Origin: an uncultured Actinomycetota bacterium | GTDB lineage: Bacteria; Actinomycetota; Actinomycetes; JAFAQI01 | Reading direction: 5' to 3' | Assembly (NCBI GenBank): GCA_963770565.1 | Contig: CAVYQE010000011.1 | Span: forward strand, 192,001 to 256,000 | DNA: 64,000 bases | Shown: piece by piece, positions 46,424 through 56,495 of the stretch | Numbering within the stretch: position 1 is the first letter of the stretch | How the letters are laid out: each line of letters begins with the position of its first letter | Notes under the pieces: generated by a model | The model's input: the letters and a program-made list of their open reading frames with translations, nothing else | Database searches by the model: none | What the model was told of the DNA's origin: nothing | Position numbers and translations under genes: made by a program

Positions 46424-47902
46424 CTAGTGCGCGCCGGCCCCGACCAGGCCGGCGGCGCTCTCGGAGGCTTTCGGCTGCTGAGCGGATGCGGTCGGCGTCC
46501 GTCGCCAGAGCATGAGTGCGGTCACGGCTGCGCTTGCCACGAAGAACGCGATGATCAGCTCGATCCCGTGGCGGTACATGGCGATCGGATCGGCCGGGTG
46601 GGTGTTCGAGAGGATCGCGATGAGGCCGGCGACGCCGAGCACGGACCCGATCTGCCGGGCCATGTTGAGGACTCCGCTGCCGGTGCCGAACCAGGCCGGC
46701 GGAACCGCGGACGTGCCCGCTCCGAGCAGGGACGGGATCGTCAGGCCGACGCCCATTCCGCCGATGAGCTGCGCCGGCAGCAGGTGCGTGACATACGCCG
46801 GCTCGGCCTGCACGCCGTGCAGCCAGTACAGCTGAGATCCAGCGTTGACCAGCGCGCCGATGACGGCAACCCGGCCGGCACCGCCGAGCCTCACCGCGAG
46901 TCGCGGCGCGACAATCCGCGCGAACGGCAGCACGCACAGCGGGCCGGGTGCGATCGCAAGGCCGGCGCGGATCGCGGAGTAGTGCCACTCGCCGGTGAGG
47001 AACTCGACCGCGTTGAGCACGAACGCGCCGAAGCCGGCGTAGTAGAGCACCGACGCAGCGAAGGCGCCGCTGAACGATCGCAGTCGCAGCAGCGGGAGCT
47101 CGATGATCGGCGCCGGGTGGGTGGCCGAGTGCCGTACGACGGCGACGAGACCGACAAGCGCGACCACAACCAATGAGTCGACGCGAACCGACAGCCAGCC
47201 CCAGTCAGGCGCTTTCACCAGCGCGAGCGCGAGCAGGCCGACCGCGAGCGCGAGGAGCACGGCACCGATGACGTCGGGTCGCGGATGCGCGTCGGGGTCG
47301 CGACTCTCGGGGATGCTGCGCGGCACGAGTGCGAGGGCCAGCAGTCCGACTGGGACGTTGACCCAGAACACCAAGCGCCAGTTCTCCTGCACCAGCAGGC
47401 CGCCGACGACCGGGCCGAGACCGGCGCCGAGCGCGCCGACCGCCGACCAGGTGCCGATGGCCCGGGCGCGATCGGCGACCGGCACGACGGCGAGCAGCAA
47501 GGACAGCGAGGTCGGGACCATCAGACCGGCCCCGATCGCCTGCACCATCCGCGCCCCGATCAGCGTGATCACCCCGGGCGCGATGCCGCAGAGCGCCGAC
47601 CCGATCGTGAACGCGAGCAGGCCGGCGCTGAAGACGCGCCGGCGGCCGATCCGGTCCGCCCAGCGCCCGGCTGGCACCAGGACCGCCGCAAAGACGATCG
47701 TGTAGCCGTTCAGGACCCACGACAGCGCGCCGAGGCTCGTGCCGCCGTAGTCGTGGCCGATGTAGGGGAACGCGAGGTTGACGATGAACAGGTCGAGGCT
47801 CGACATGAACACGCCCAGCGACAGCACCGCGACGGCGATTGCCGCGGGGGAGAGCCGGCGATGGGAAATGGCGGCGTCGGCGAGGGTCACAGCGGCCTCC
47901 AC
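46424..47902 (-). CDS. MFS transporter (DHA2 family)
   Basis: LD.FIVN.AFP, WV.NGY, GR.ADR.GRRR, WR.VFW.NVP. Confidence 0.9.
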   Translation of the reverse strand: MEAAVTLADAAISHRRLSPAAIAVAVLSLGVFMSSLDLFIVNLAFPYIGHDYGGTSLGALSWVLNGYTIVFAAVLVPAGRWADRIGRRRVFSAGLLAFTIGSALCGIAPGVITLIGARMVQAIGAGLMVPTSLSLLLAVVPVADRARAIGTWSAVGALGAGLGPVVGGLLVQENWRLVFWVNVPVGLLALALVPRSIPESRDPDAHPRPDVIGAVLLALAVGLLALALVKAPDWGWLSVRVDSLVVVALVGLVAVVRHSATHPAPIIELPLLRLRSFSGAFAASVLYYAGFGAFVLNAVEFLTGEWHYSAIRAGLAIAPGPLCVLPFARIVAPRLAVRLGGAGRVAVIGALVNAGSQLYWLHGVQAEPAYVTHLLPAQLIGGMGVGLTIPSLLGAGTSAVPPAWFGTGSGVLNMARQIGSVLGVAGLIAILSNTHPADPIAMYRHGIELIIAFFVASAAVTALMLWRRTPTASAQQPKASESAAGLVGAGAH

Positions 47903-47910
47903 GGCTAGTA

Positions 47911-47960
47911 AGTCCGAAATCCGGACTGACCCTAGCACGAGTTAGTCCGAAAAACCGACT
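47911..47960. promoter_or_regulatory. Two HxlR-type operator palindromes
   Basis: AGTCCGAAATCCGGACT (47911) and AGTCCGAAAAACCGACT (47944) between divergent MFS and hxlR. Confidence 0.7.
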
Positions 47961-47980
47961 GACTGCGCTATCCTCGTCGT

Positions 47981-48424
47981 ATGGCCACGACGACGCGCCC
48001 TCCGCGGACCTGTTCGGTCGCCCGCACGCTTGAGGTGGTCGGTGAGAAGTGGGCGCTGCTCGCGATCCGCGAGGTGTTCCTCGGCTCGCGGCGATTCGAG
48101 GAGATGGTGCAGAACACCGGGGCGCCGCGAGACACCCTCGCCGCCCGGCTGCGCACGCTGGTCGCCAACGGCATCCTCGAGCGCCGCCGTTACAGCGAGC
48201 ACCCGCCGCGCGACGAGTACTTCCTGACCACGGCCGGCCGCGACCTCTATCCGGTGATCATCAGTCTCATGCAATGGGGCGACCGGCACCTGCCGCTCGA
48301 CAGCGGCCCGCCGATGGTGCTCGACCACGACTGCGGGCACCGGCTCGACGCGCAGCTCGACTGCGCGCACTGCGGTCAGCGGATCGATCCGCGCCGCGTC
48401 ACCCGCGTCACCGCCGACCGCTGA
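47981..48424 (+). CDS. HxlR family winged-helix regulator
   Basis: CSVARTLEVVGEKW.LL..RE, L..RL..LV..G, EY.LT..G.DL, C-terminal Cys pairs. Confidence 0.92.
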   Translation: MATTTRPPRTCSVARTLEVVGEKWALLAIREVFLGSRRFEEMVQNTGAPRDTLAARLRTLVANGILERRRYSEHPPRDEYFLTTAGRDLYPVIISLMQWGDRHLPLDSGPPMVLDHDCGHRLDAQLDCAHCGQRIDPRRVTRVTADR

Positions 48425-48562
48425 CCTTGACCGTCGCGGCCGCCGGTACGCCGGGTCGCGTCGTGTTCGGCGTCGGGCGGGAAGATCTGCACTGGCCCGG
48501 TGGCGACCTCCTCGCTATGGTTCGCCGGAAATGATGATGGCCCGGGCGTAGGAGGTCTCGTC

Positions 48563-49360
48563 GTGCCGGTGCTCCTCGACGTCGAACACGTCACGGTGCG
48601 ATTTGGGGGGCTAACCGCACTCGCCGATGTCTCGGCATCGGTCGGGGCGGGTGAGGTTGTCGGCGTCATCGGCCCGAACGGTGCCGGCAAGACCACGCTG
48701 TTCAACGTCATCTGCGGGTTCGTGCGTCCGACCCAGGGCGAGCTGCGCTGGCGCGGCGAACCGCTGCGGCGCCATCGTCCCCATCAGCTGGCCGCGCTCG
48801 GGATCACCCGGACGATCCAGTCGCTCGGCCTGTTCCCGCATCTCACCGTGCTCGACAACGTTCTCGTCGGTGCCGATCGCCACGCGAAGGCGTGGTTCGG
48901 CTCGGGCTTGTTCGGCCTGCCCTACAGCGACAACGACGAGCGGCGGCTGCGCGCGCGTGCACTCGACACGCTTCGCCTGCTCGACATTGAAAGCGCCGCA
49001 CAGCAACTGCCCGGCCAGTTGCCGTACGGCGTACAGAAGCGAGTCGCACTGGCCCGCGCGCTGGTCGCCGAGCCGGCACTGTTGCTGCTCGACGAGCCGG
49101 CGTCGGGCCTGTCGGCGCCGGAGCTCGCCGAGCTGAGCGACCTTGTCCGCAGCCTCAAGGACCAGACCGCGGTGCTGCTGGTCGAGCACCACATGGACCT
49201 CGTGATGGGGGTGTGCGACCGGATCGCCGTGCTCGACTTCGGCCGCTGCATCGCAACCGGCACGCCGGCCGAGGTCCGCGACGACCCGAAGGTGCTCGAG
49301 GCGTACCTCGGCGAGCAGGTCGACGAGTCCACCAAGGAGGTGGGCGATGCTCGAGCTTGA
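48563..49360 (+). CDS. Liv-type ABC ATPase (LivG-like)
   Basis: FGGL.A, GPNGAGKTT, LPYG.QKR..LARAL, VEH.MD.V, AYLG. Confidence 0.9.
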   Translation: MPVLLDVEHVTVRFGGLTALADVSASVGAGEVVGVIGPNGAGKTTLFNVICGFVRPTQGELRWRGEPLRRHRPHQLAALGITRTIQSLGLFPHLTVLDNVLVGADRHAKAWFGSGLFGLPYSDNDERRLRARALDTLRLLDIESAAQQLPGQLPYGVQKRVALARALVAEPALLLLDEPASGLSAPELAELSDLVRSLKDQTAVLLVEHHMDLVMGVCDRIAVLDFGRCIATGTPAEVRDDPKVLEAYLGEQVDESTKEVGDARA

Positions 49361-50054
49361 CCGGGTGGTGACGACGTACGGCGCGGTCCGCGCGCTCGAC
49401 GAGGTCAGCCTCTCGGTGCCCGACGGTGAGATCACTGCCGTGCTCGGAGCAAACGGCGCGGGCAAGACCACGCTGCTCCGCTCGATCAACTGCCTGGTCC
49501 GCCCGGCTTCCGGTTCGATCACCTACGCCGGCCACGACTTGGTCCGCTCGAAGATCGAGGACGTCGTCACCTACGGCGTCGCGCACGTGCCGGACGGGCG
49601 CGGCGTGATCACCGAGCTGACCGTCGAGGAGAACCTCCGGCTCGGCGCATTGTGGCGGAAGAACCGGGACGAGACCGCGACCAGCCTGGCAACGATGTAC
49701 GCGATGTTCCCGCCGTTGGACGAGCGACGGTCGAAGGTCGCGGACACCTTGTCGGGCGGCGAGCGCCAGATGCTGGCGATCGGACGCGCGCTGATGAGCC
49801 GGCCGACGTTGCTGCTGCTCGACGAACCCTCGCTCGGCCTCGCGCCGCGCATCACCGCGCAGATCATGGCCACGTTGCGGCGACTGCGCGACGAGCAGGG
49901 CCTGACCGTCGTCCTGGTCGAGCAGAACGCGAGGAGCGCACTGTCGGTCGCCGACACCGCGATCGTGCTCAACCTCGGCCGGGTCGTCGTACAGGGCGCG
50001 GCGGCCGAGCTGGCCGGCGACGACAAGCTCCGACACGCCTACCTGGGGTTCTGA
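49347..50054 (+). CDS. Liv-type ABC ATPase (LivF-like)
   Basis: GANGAGKTT, LSGGERQMLAIGRAL, DEPSLGLAP, VEQNA. Confidence 0.9.
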   Translation: MLELDRVVTTYGAVRALDEVSLSVPDGEITAVLGANGAGKTTLLRSINCLVRPASGSITYAGHDLVRSKIEDVVTYGVAHVPDGRGVITELTVEENLRLGALWRKNRDETATSLATMYAMFPPLDERRSKVADTLSGGERQMLAIGRALMSRPTLLLLDEPSLGLAPRITAQIMATLRRLRDEQGLTVVLVEQNARSALSVADTAIVLNLGRVVVQGAAAELAGDDKLRHAYLGF

Positions 50055-50056
50055 CC

Positions 50057-50941
50057 ATGACACCGGTGAACCTGATCATCTACGGGATGGCGAACGGCAC
50101 CATCTACGGCGCGGTCGCGCTGGCACTGGTGCTGATCTGGCGTTCGACGCGGATCGTGAACTTCGCGCAGGGCGGCATGCTGATGTTCACGACCTTCATC
50201 GCGTGGGAACTGGTGGAGCGGCATCACCAGAGCTACTGGCTCGGGCTAGTGGTTGCGATCGTGGCCGGACTGGTGCTCGGCGCCGTGGTCGAGCGGTTGC
50301 TCGTGCGGCCGGTCGAGAACGGCCCGCCGCTCAACGCGGTCATCGTCACGCTCGGGCTGTTGCTGGCGCTCGAGGCGGTCGCCGGAATGATCTGGGGCAA
50401 CGGCCTCAGCTCGTACCCGCCCGAGTTCTCGCTGAACTTCTACCACGTCGGCCATCAGGTGATCTACCTGTCGCCGAACTTCTTGTTCATCGTCATCGCG
50501 GCCCTCGGCGTGATGGTCGCGTTGTACCTGCTCTTCCAGCGAACCTCGCTCGGGCTGCGGATGCGGTCGTCGGCCTTCAACCCGGAGGTGGCCCGGCTGC
50601 TCGGCGTGCGGGTCGGCCGGATGCTGACCCTCGGGTGGGCGCTGGCGGCTGGAGTCGGCGCGCTTGCCGGTGTGCTGATCGCCGGCACCGAGCCCAACTA
50701 CATGAACCCGAACGGTTTCGACGGCCTGCTGATCCTCGGCTTCACCGCCGCCGTGATCGGCGGGCTCGACTCGCCGGTGGGCGCGGTCGTCGGCGGTCTC
50801 GTCGTCGGTGTCGCGTTGCAGCTGCTCGACAACTACGTCAGCGGCGACATCGACTTCTTCTTCGTCTTCGCGCTGCTTGTCGTCGTACTGATGGTGCGGC
50901 CGAACGGGTTGTTCTCACGGCGGTCGGTGAGACGGGTATGA
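50057..50941 (+). CDS. Liv-type ABC permease (LivH-like)
   Basis: G.IY...ALAL.LI......NFAQG, GGL.S..GA..GG, RP.GLF. Confidence 0.88.
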   Translation: MTPVNLIIYGMANGTIYGAVALALVLIWRSTRIVNFAQGGMLMFTTFIAWELVERHHQSYWLGLVVAIVAGLVLGAVVERLLVRPVENGPPLNAVIVTLGLLLALEAVAGMIWGNGLSSYPPEFSLNFYHVGHQVIYLSPNFLFIVIAALGVMVALYLLFQRTSLGLRMRSSAFNPEVARLLGVRVGRMLTLGWALAAGVGALAGVLIAGTEPNYMNPNGFDGLLILGFTAAVIGGLDSPVGAVVGGLVVGVALQLLDNYVSGDIDFFFVFALLVVVLMVRPNGLFSRRSVRRV

Positions 50942-51996
50942 AGCCGCCGGGGATTCTCGAGCGCTCGACGCTGCTGCGCAACTTCCTGCTCGCGCTCGTG
51001 GCGATCGGTCTGCTGATCGGCTTGACCGAGGTCCTGTCGGAGTATCGCAACACCCAGCTCGCCGCGATCGCTTACACGGTGTGCGCCGCCGCCGGCCTGA
51101 CGATCCTCACCGGCCTGTCGGGGCAGATCTCGCTCGGCAACGGTGCGTTCATGTTCGTCGGTGCCTACACGGTGGCGTTGCTGCTCAAGCACCACCCGTG
51201 GTTCCACACCATCGTCGGCTACAACAACTGGGAGTTCGTCCTGGTGCTGCTCGCCTCGGTGCTCGTTGCGGCCGCGGTCGGCGGCCTGGTCGGCGCGGCG
51301 GCGGCGCGATTGCGCGGACCGTATCTCGCCGGCGTCACGCTCGCGCTCGCGCTCGGTCTGCCGGTCCTCCCGGACTACTCGCACCTCGAGTCGAAGCTCG
51401 GCGGCCATGCCGGTTTCCCGGTGACCGCGCCCCTCCAGCCGGGCAGCGTGAACTACTTCCGCTGGCAGGCCTGGATCTGCTGCATCGCCGCGGTGTTGAC
51501 GGTGTTCCTGCTGGCCAACCTCGCGAGCAGCCGGGTCGGGCGCGTGTTCAGGGCCGTGCGGGACGACGAGATCGCAGCGTCGCTCGCCGGTCTGCCAGTC
51601 GCACGGATCCAGATCCTGGCGTTCGTCGTGAGCGCCGCGACCGCCGGGCTGGCCGGCGGGTTGTTCGCGGTCGTCGCCGACAGCGTGAGCCCCGGCTCGT
51701 TCCCGCTGTCGCTGTCACTGGGACTGCTCGCTGCCGCAGTGTTCGGCGGCCTGGGCAGCCTCAGCGGCGCGGTCTACGGCTCGATCTTGATCACCTTGTT
51801 GCCGCAGTGGTCGACCGACCTCTCGCACCAGTTATCGCTGTCGACCAATGTCGTGAACAACCTCCCGATCGCGGTCTACGGCTTGGCCTTGGTCGTCGCG
51901 ATGCTGGTATTTCCCTTTGGATTGCAAGGGTTATTCGCTCGGCTCTGGGTCAGGGTGCGCGGCCGCGTCGGCGCCACCGCGGTGGCGACGAGGTAA
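50938..51996 (+). CDS. Liv-type ABC permease (LivM-like)
   Basis: G..GQISLG..AF..GAY, RLRGPYLA..TL, SR.GR...AVRD.E.AA. Confidence 0.88.
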   Translation: MKPPGILERSTLLRNFLLALVAIGLLIGLTEVLSEYRNTQLAAIAYTVCAAAGLTILTGLSGQISLGNGAFMFVGAYTVALLLKHHPWFHTIVGYNNWEFVLVLLASVLVAAAVGGLVGAAAARLRGPYLAGVTLALALGLPVLPDYSHLESKLGGHAGFPVTAPLQPGSVNYFRWQAWICCIAAVLTVFLLANLASSRVGRVFRAVRDDEIAASLAGLPVARIQILAFVVSAATAGLAGGLFAVVADSVSPGSFPLSLSLGLLAAAVFGGLGSLSGAVYGSILITLLPQWSTDLSHQLSLSTNVVNNLPIAVYGLALVVAMLVFPFGLQGLFARLWVRVRGRVGATAVATR

Positions 51997-52085
51997 CGCC
52001 TGGAAAACAAAACTCGCCAGTAACTAGGCACAGAACCAGATTCGGAATATGTTCCGCCCCAGCGTCCCCGGCGATGGGAGGAACC

Positions 52086-53441
52086 ATGACCAAGACACCT
52101 CTGCGACTGCTCGTTGGTGGAGCGGCGGTGGCGCTGGCGGTGACCGCCTGCAGCAATAGCAGCAGTGGCGGTGGCGGCGGCAACAGCCCGGCGCCCGGTG
52201 GTTCGAGCGGGTCGACCACCGCCAACACCGCATCCGCGCCGGGGGTCACCGCCACGACGGTGACGATCGGAAGCCACCAGCCGCTGACCGGTGTCGCGGC
52301 GCCCGGCTATGACGAGATCGCCCCGGCGGCCAAGGCGTACTTCCAGTACATCAACGCCAACGGCGGCATCCACGGCCGCACGATCATCTACAAGTACCTC
52401 GACGACGCCTACAACCCGGCCAAGACGGTGACGGACGTCAAGCAGCTCGTTCTGCAGGACAAGGTCTTCGCGATCTTCAACGGGTTGGGCACGCCGACCC
52501 ACGAGCAGGTCGTCCCGTTCCTCAACGCGCAGAAGGTGCCCGACCTGTTCGTCGCCTCCGGCTGCCTGTGCTGGAACAACCCGAGCCAGGATCCGGAGAC
52601 GTTCGGCTGGCAGCCGGACTACACCCGCGAGGGCAAGATCCTCGGCCAGTACGTCGCGCAGAACTTCAAGGGCATGAAGGTCGGGATCTTCGCGCAGAAC
52701 GACGACTTCGGCACTGACGGCATCAACGGCCTCAAGGACGAGTTGCCGGCCAGCTCGATCGTGTCGACCCAGCGCTACGACCCGGCCGGCGCACCGGCCG
52801 CGATCGCCCCGCTCGTCGGCAAGCTGCAGGCCGCGGGTGCTCAGGTCATCATCTCGTTCAGCGTGCCGGCGTTCACGGCGCTGTTCCAGCTTGACTCACT
52901 GGCGCTGAAGTACCAGCCCGCGCACCTCGTGGTGAGCAACGTCGGCTCCGACCCGATCACGCTCTCGGGTCTGCTGACCAGCTTCTCCAAGGGCAAGGCG
53001 CCAGGAAAGGCGCTGGTCCAGGGGATCATCACGGATGGCTACCTGAGTTCGCCGATCGACCCGTCGAACAGCTGGATCCAGCTGTTCAAGACGATCCACG
53101 ACAAGTACATCCCGAAGCTGCCGTTCGACGGCAACGTTGAGTACGGCATGGCCGCGGCGTACACGTTCGCCGAGGCGCTCGAGGCGGCCGGGCAGAACCC
53201 GACCCGTGCGAGCATCGTGGCCGCAGTGGAAAACACGAAGTTCGCCGGGCCCGGCCTGGTGCCCTACGCCTACTCGTCGAGTGACCACTCGGGCTTCACG
53301 GGCGCGCAGATGGGCATCATCAAGGGTCTCGCGATCAAGCTGATCGGTACGCCGTTGACGACCGACGACGGCAACGGCCCGATCATGCCGTACACCACGG
53401 CACAGGCGACGGCTCCCTCCAACGGGATCCCGACCGACTGA
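52086..53441 (+). CDS. Liv-type ABC substrate-binding lipoprotein
   Basis: VTAC lipobox; PGVT..T..IG...PLTG, IN..GGI.GR.I.....DD.Y.P. Confidence 0.88.
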   Translation: MTKTPLRLLVGGAAVALAVTACSNSSSGGGGGNSPAPGGSSGSTTANTASAPGVTATTVTIGSHQPLTGVAAPGYDEIAPAAKAYFQYINANGGIHGRTIIYKYLDDAYNPAKTVTDVKQLVLQDKVFAIFNGLGTPTHEQVVPFLNAQKVPDLFVASGCLCWNNPSQDPETFGWQPDYTREGKILGQYVAQNFKGMKVGIFAQNDDFGTDGINGLKDELPASSIVSTQRYDPAGAPAAIAPLVGKLQAAGAQVIISFSVPAFTALFQLDSLALKYQPAHLVVSNVGSDPITLSGLLTSFSKGKAPGKALVQGIITDGYLSSPIDPSNSWIQLFKTIHDKYIPKLPFDGNVEYGMAAAYTFAEALEAAGQNPTRASIVAAVENTKFAGPGLVPYAYSSSDHSGFTGAQMGIIKGLAIKLIGTPLTTDDGNGPIMPYTTAQATAPSNGIPTD

Positions 53442-53461
53442 GGACGCGGCAGCACCATCTT

Positions 53462-53497
53462 GCGGCGGCCGACCCCGAGCTCGAGGTCGGCCGCCGC
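53462..53497 (+). terminator. GC-rich hairpin after the binding-protein gene
   Basis: GCGGCGGCCGACC / GGTCGGCCGCCGC 13-bp stem. Confidence 0.65.
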
Positions 53498-53532
53498 GGT
53501 GTGCGCGGGATGATGCGGCAGACTGCAAACCA

Positions 53533-54066
53533 ATGAGCGATCGCCCGAGCATCCCGCCGGGGGAGCGGTTCGCCGACATCGACGCGTGGGACCACGCGCG
53601 GATCGTCGGCCCGCACCTCTGGCACACCCTGGGCTATCGCCGGCTGGCATGGGAGCCGGGCGCGACGTCGATCGCGTGGGACGCGACGCCGGACTACTGC
53701 TTCCCAACCGCCGGCGGACCGATCGTGCAAGGCGGGCTCGTGACCGCGCTCCTGGACGCGGCGATGGGCGGGTCCTGCTGGACCGTGCTCGACCGCGACC
53801 AGGCGTTCCTCACCGCCGACCTGCGGGTCGAGTTCCTGCGCTCGGCTCAGGTCGGGACGCTCTCGGCGCACGGCTGGGTAGTGCGTCGTACCCGCCGGGT
53901 GGTCTTCTGCGCCGCCGAGCTGCATCGCGGTGAGACCAAGGGCGAGTTGCTCGCGATCGGCCGCTGCACGCAGGTGGTGCTTCCGGCCGAGGGTCGGGCC
54001 GGGCGCTACCACACCCTCGCTGCTGACGCCGATGACGGGGCGCCACCCGATGACGCGCGAGGATGA
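53533..54066 (+). CDS. PaaI family hotdog thioesterase
   Basis: G.IVQGG....LLD.AMG, T.DL.V.FLR. Confidence 0.85.
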   Translation: MSDRPSIPPGERFADIDAWDHARIVGPHLWHTLGYRRLAWEPGATSIAWDATPDYCFPTAGGPIVQGGLVTALLDAAMGGSCWTVLDRDQAFLTADLRVEFLRSAQVGTLSAHGWVVRRTRRVVFCAAELHRGETKGELLAIGRCTQVVLPAEGRAGRYHTLAADADDGAPPDDARG

Positions 54067-54070
54067 GCTG

Positions 54071-55153
54071 GTGAGCACTCCGACCGATGACCTGACCGCG
54101 CTCACCGAGCAGGCCGTGCCGCACCAGGCGGTCGGCGCCTATCTCGCGGCGCAGCTCGGCGACGAGGGTTGGCGCGACTGCTCGCTCGAGCTGGTCGCGG
54201 GCGGGCGGTCGAACCTGACCTTCTTCGTCTCCTCTGCTGCGGGTGACGTGGTGCTGCGGCGACCGCCGCTGTCCAACCGGCTGCCGACCGCGCACGACAT
54301 GGGGCGCGAACACCGGGTCATGACCGCGCTCGGCAACACGCCGGTGCCGGTGCCGCAAACGCTCGCGCTCTGCACCGATGACGACGTGATCGGTGCGCCG
54401 TTCTACGTCATGTCGCGAGTCCCCGGCTACATCGTGCGCGACGAGATGCCGGACGGGTATGCCGAAAGCGCGGACGAGCGCCGGGCGATCGGCCATGGCC
54501 TGGTCGACGTACTCGCGGACCTGCACTCGGTCGATCCGGCTGCGGTCGGTCTCGGTGACTACGGCCGTCCCGACGGTTATCTGACCCGCCAGATCCGGCG
54601 CTGGACGACCCAGTGGGAGGCCACCCGCCAGCCGGACGAGCCGGGCGGCGCCGATCTCGACCGCCTGGCCGCGCGGCTCAGTGAGGCGATCCCGACCTCG
54701 CCCACCGGGCCGGTCGTGCATGGCGACTACCGCATGGACAACGTGTTGCTCGATCCCACGACGCCGGGCACGGTGGCCGCCGTACTCGACTGGGAGCTCT
54801 CCACCCTCGGCGACCCGCTGGCCGACGTGGGGCTGTTCTTCGTCTATTGGCAGGACCCGACCGATGACGAGACCCGGGTCGCTTCCCATCTCGTGCCGTC
54901 GGTCACTCGCCTGCCCGGGTTCCCGCACCGTCGGGAGCTGCTCGAGCGGTATGCCGCGCGCACCGGCCGCGATCTGTCCGCACTCCCGTGGTACGTCGGC
55001 TTCGCCTGCTTCAAGCTCGCGGTGGTCCTGTCGGGCGTAGCGGCCCGTGGTCGCGCCGGGGCGATGATCGGCGGCGGCTTTGTCGAGATGGCAGCTCGGA
55101 TCCCGCCGCTCGTCGCCGTCGGCCACGCCTCCCTGTCCGGCGACCTCGGCTGA
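54071..55153 (+). CDS. APH-like phosphotransferase (acyl-CoA dehydrogenase-associated type)
   Basis: GG.SNLT, VLRRPP...PTAHDM.RE, HGDYR.DN, DWELSTLGDPLAD. Confidence 0.88.
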   Translation: MSTPTDDLTALTEQAVPHQAVGAYLAAQLGDEGWRDCSLELVAGGRSNLTFFVSSAAGDVVLRRPPLSNRLPTAHDMGREHRVMTALGNTPVPVPQTLALCTDDDVIGAPFYVMSRVPGYIVRDEMPDGYAESADERRAIGHGLVDVLADLHSVDPAAVGLGDYGRPDGYLTRQIRRWTTQWEATRQPDEPGGADLDRLAARLSEAIPTSPTGPVVHGDYRMDNVLLDPTTPGTVAAVLDWELSTLGDPLADVGLFFVYWQDPTDDETRVASHLVPSVTRLPGFPHRRELLERYAARTGRDLSALPWYVGFACFKLAVVLSGVAARGRAGAMIGGGFVEMAARIPPLVAVGHASLSGDLG

Positions 55154-55184
55154 CCAACGTCGCGTCGGTAACGCGGCGCGTCGG

Positions 55185-55763
55185 TTAGGACCGGTGCCAG
55201 TGCAGCAGCCGGTTGTGCGGCCAGAGGCCGAGCAAACGTGCGGTGATGGTGGCTACTAGCAGCCCGCCAACCGCGTTGCCCACGACTTCGGTCCAGCCAT
55301 CCCGCGGTGGGTCGGTGACGGTGAAGCTGAGTGCGAAGACCGCGAGGGCTAGGCCGACTGTGAATGTCCACGGGTGCGCCCGCGCCCAGGCGGAGATGGC
55401 GTGGAGGGCCGCGCCGATTCGATCGGGCCGGCCTTGGGTCCGACCTGCTCGGGTCGGCGCGAGTTGAGGTCGAGAGCGGATCGCCGTCACCCCGAAGCCG
55501 ATGAACAGGACTGCAGGGAGTGCCCAGATCGCACCAAGGGTGGCCTCGTGGAGCGATCTGGTCACCAGCGCGAATAAGAGGACGGCGCAGTCCTCGGCGC
55601 CGATGAACAAGCCGATTGCAATCGCGGTGCACCCGACCACGCCACGGATCAGCCGGTTCGGCAGCGCGATCGGAACCAGGCGGTCGAGGTACGCGACCGG
55701 GTTCTTGGCCGTCACGAGGCGAGTGTGCCAGGCCCATGGGCCCCGCGGTAGGTCATCCGGCAC
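55185..55763 (-). CDS. Hypothetical membrane protein
   Basis: About four hydrophobic segments; abuts the SDR stop. Confidence 0.5.
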   Translation of the reverse strand: MPDDLPRGPWAWHTRLVTAKNPVAYLDRLVPIALPNRLIRGVVGCTAIAIGLFIGAEDCAVLLFALVTRSLHEATLGAIWALPAVLFIGFGVTAIRSRPQLAPTRAGRTQGRPDRIGAALHAISAWARAHPWTFTVGLALAVFALSFTVTDPPRDGWTEVVGNAVGGLLVATITARLLGLWPHNRLLHWHRS

Positions 55764-56495
55764 CTAGCGCAGGCTGAGGCCGCCGTCGACCACCCAGACC
55801 TGGCCGGTCACGTACGTCGCGTCGATCAGGGTCATGACGACGTCGGCGATGTCATCCGGCACGCCGGCCCGGCCCAGCGGCGCCATCACCTTGATCGCCT
55901 CGTGCAGGTCGTGCCAATCGGCGGTCCACGGTGTGTCGACCAGGCCCGGCGCGACCGCGTTGACCCGCACCTGCGGACCTACCACGTTGGCCAGCAACAG
56001 GGTGAGGTGGTTGACCGCCGCCTTGCTGACGGCGTACGGGATCGACGAGCCGGTCGGGCGGACGCCGGCGAGTGACGAGACGTTGACGACCGCGCCGCTG
56101 CCGCTCTCCTGCAGGTGCGGCATCGCCGCTACGGTCACCTGCCAGGTGCCGATCAGGTTGACCTCGATCAGCCGCCGGAAGACCTCAGGCGACGCGGCGT
56201 CGAGGTCGTGATGCGGGATCCGTACCGTGGTGCCCGCGTTGTTGACGAGTACGTCGAGGCGGCCGAACCGTTCGATGGTTTCGCTCACCAGGCGTGCTGC
56301 ATCGGCGGGATCGGCGATGTCGCCCTGGATGTAGTGGGTGCGGTGGGCGCCGAGCTCGGCGACCATCGCGTGACCCGCATCAACCGACGAGACCGAGTTG
56401 ACGGTGACGTGCATGCCGGCCGCCGTCAGTCGGCGGACGACGGCTGCACCGATGCCGGACGTCGAGCCGGTGACCAGGGCGACCCGTTCGGTCAT
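55764..56495 (-). CDS. SDR family oxidoreductase
   Basis: TGSTSGIG, NNAG, YAVSK, NAVAPG. Confidence 0.9.
   Translation of the reverse strand: MTERVALVTGSTSGIGAAVVRRLTAAGMHVTVNSVSSVDAGHAMVAELGAHRTHYIQGDIADPADAARLVSETIERFGRLDVLVNNAGTTVRIPHHDLDAASPEVFRRLIEVNLIGTWQVTVAAMPHLQESGSGAVVNVSSLAGVRPTGSSIPYAVSKAAVNHLTLLLANVVGPQVRVNAVAPGLVDTPWTADWHDLHEAIKVMAPLGRAGVPDDIADVVMTLIDATYVTGQVWVVDGGLSLR

Noticed and set aside
54071-55153. Aminoglycoside resistance kinase
   Set aside because: Motifs (VLRRPP, AHDM.RE) and context match the acyl-CoA dehydrogenase-associated subfamily.
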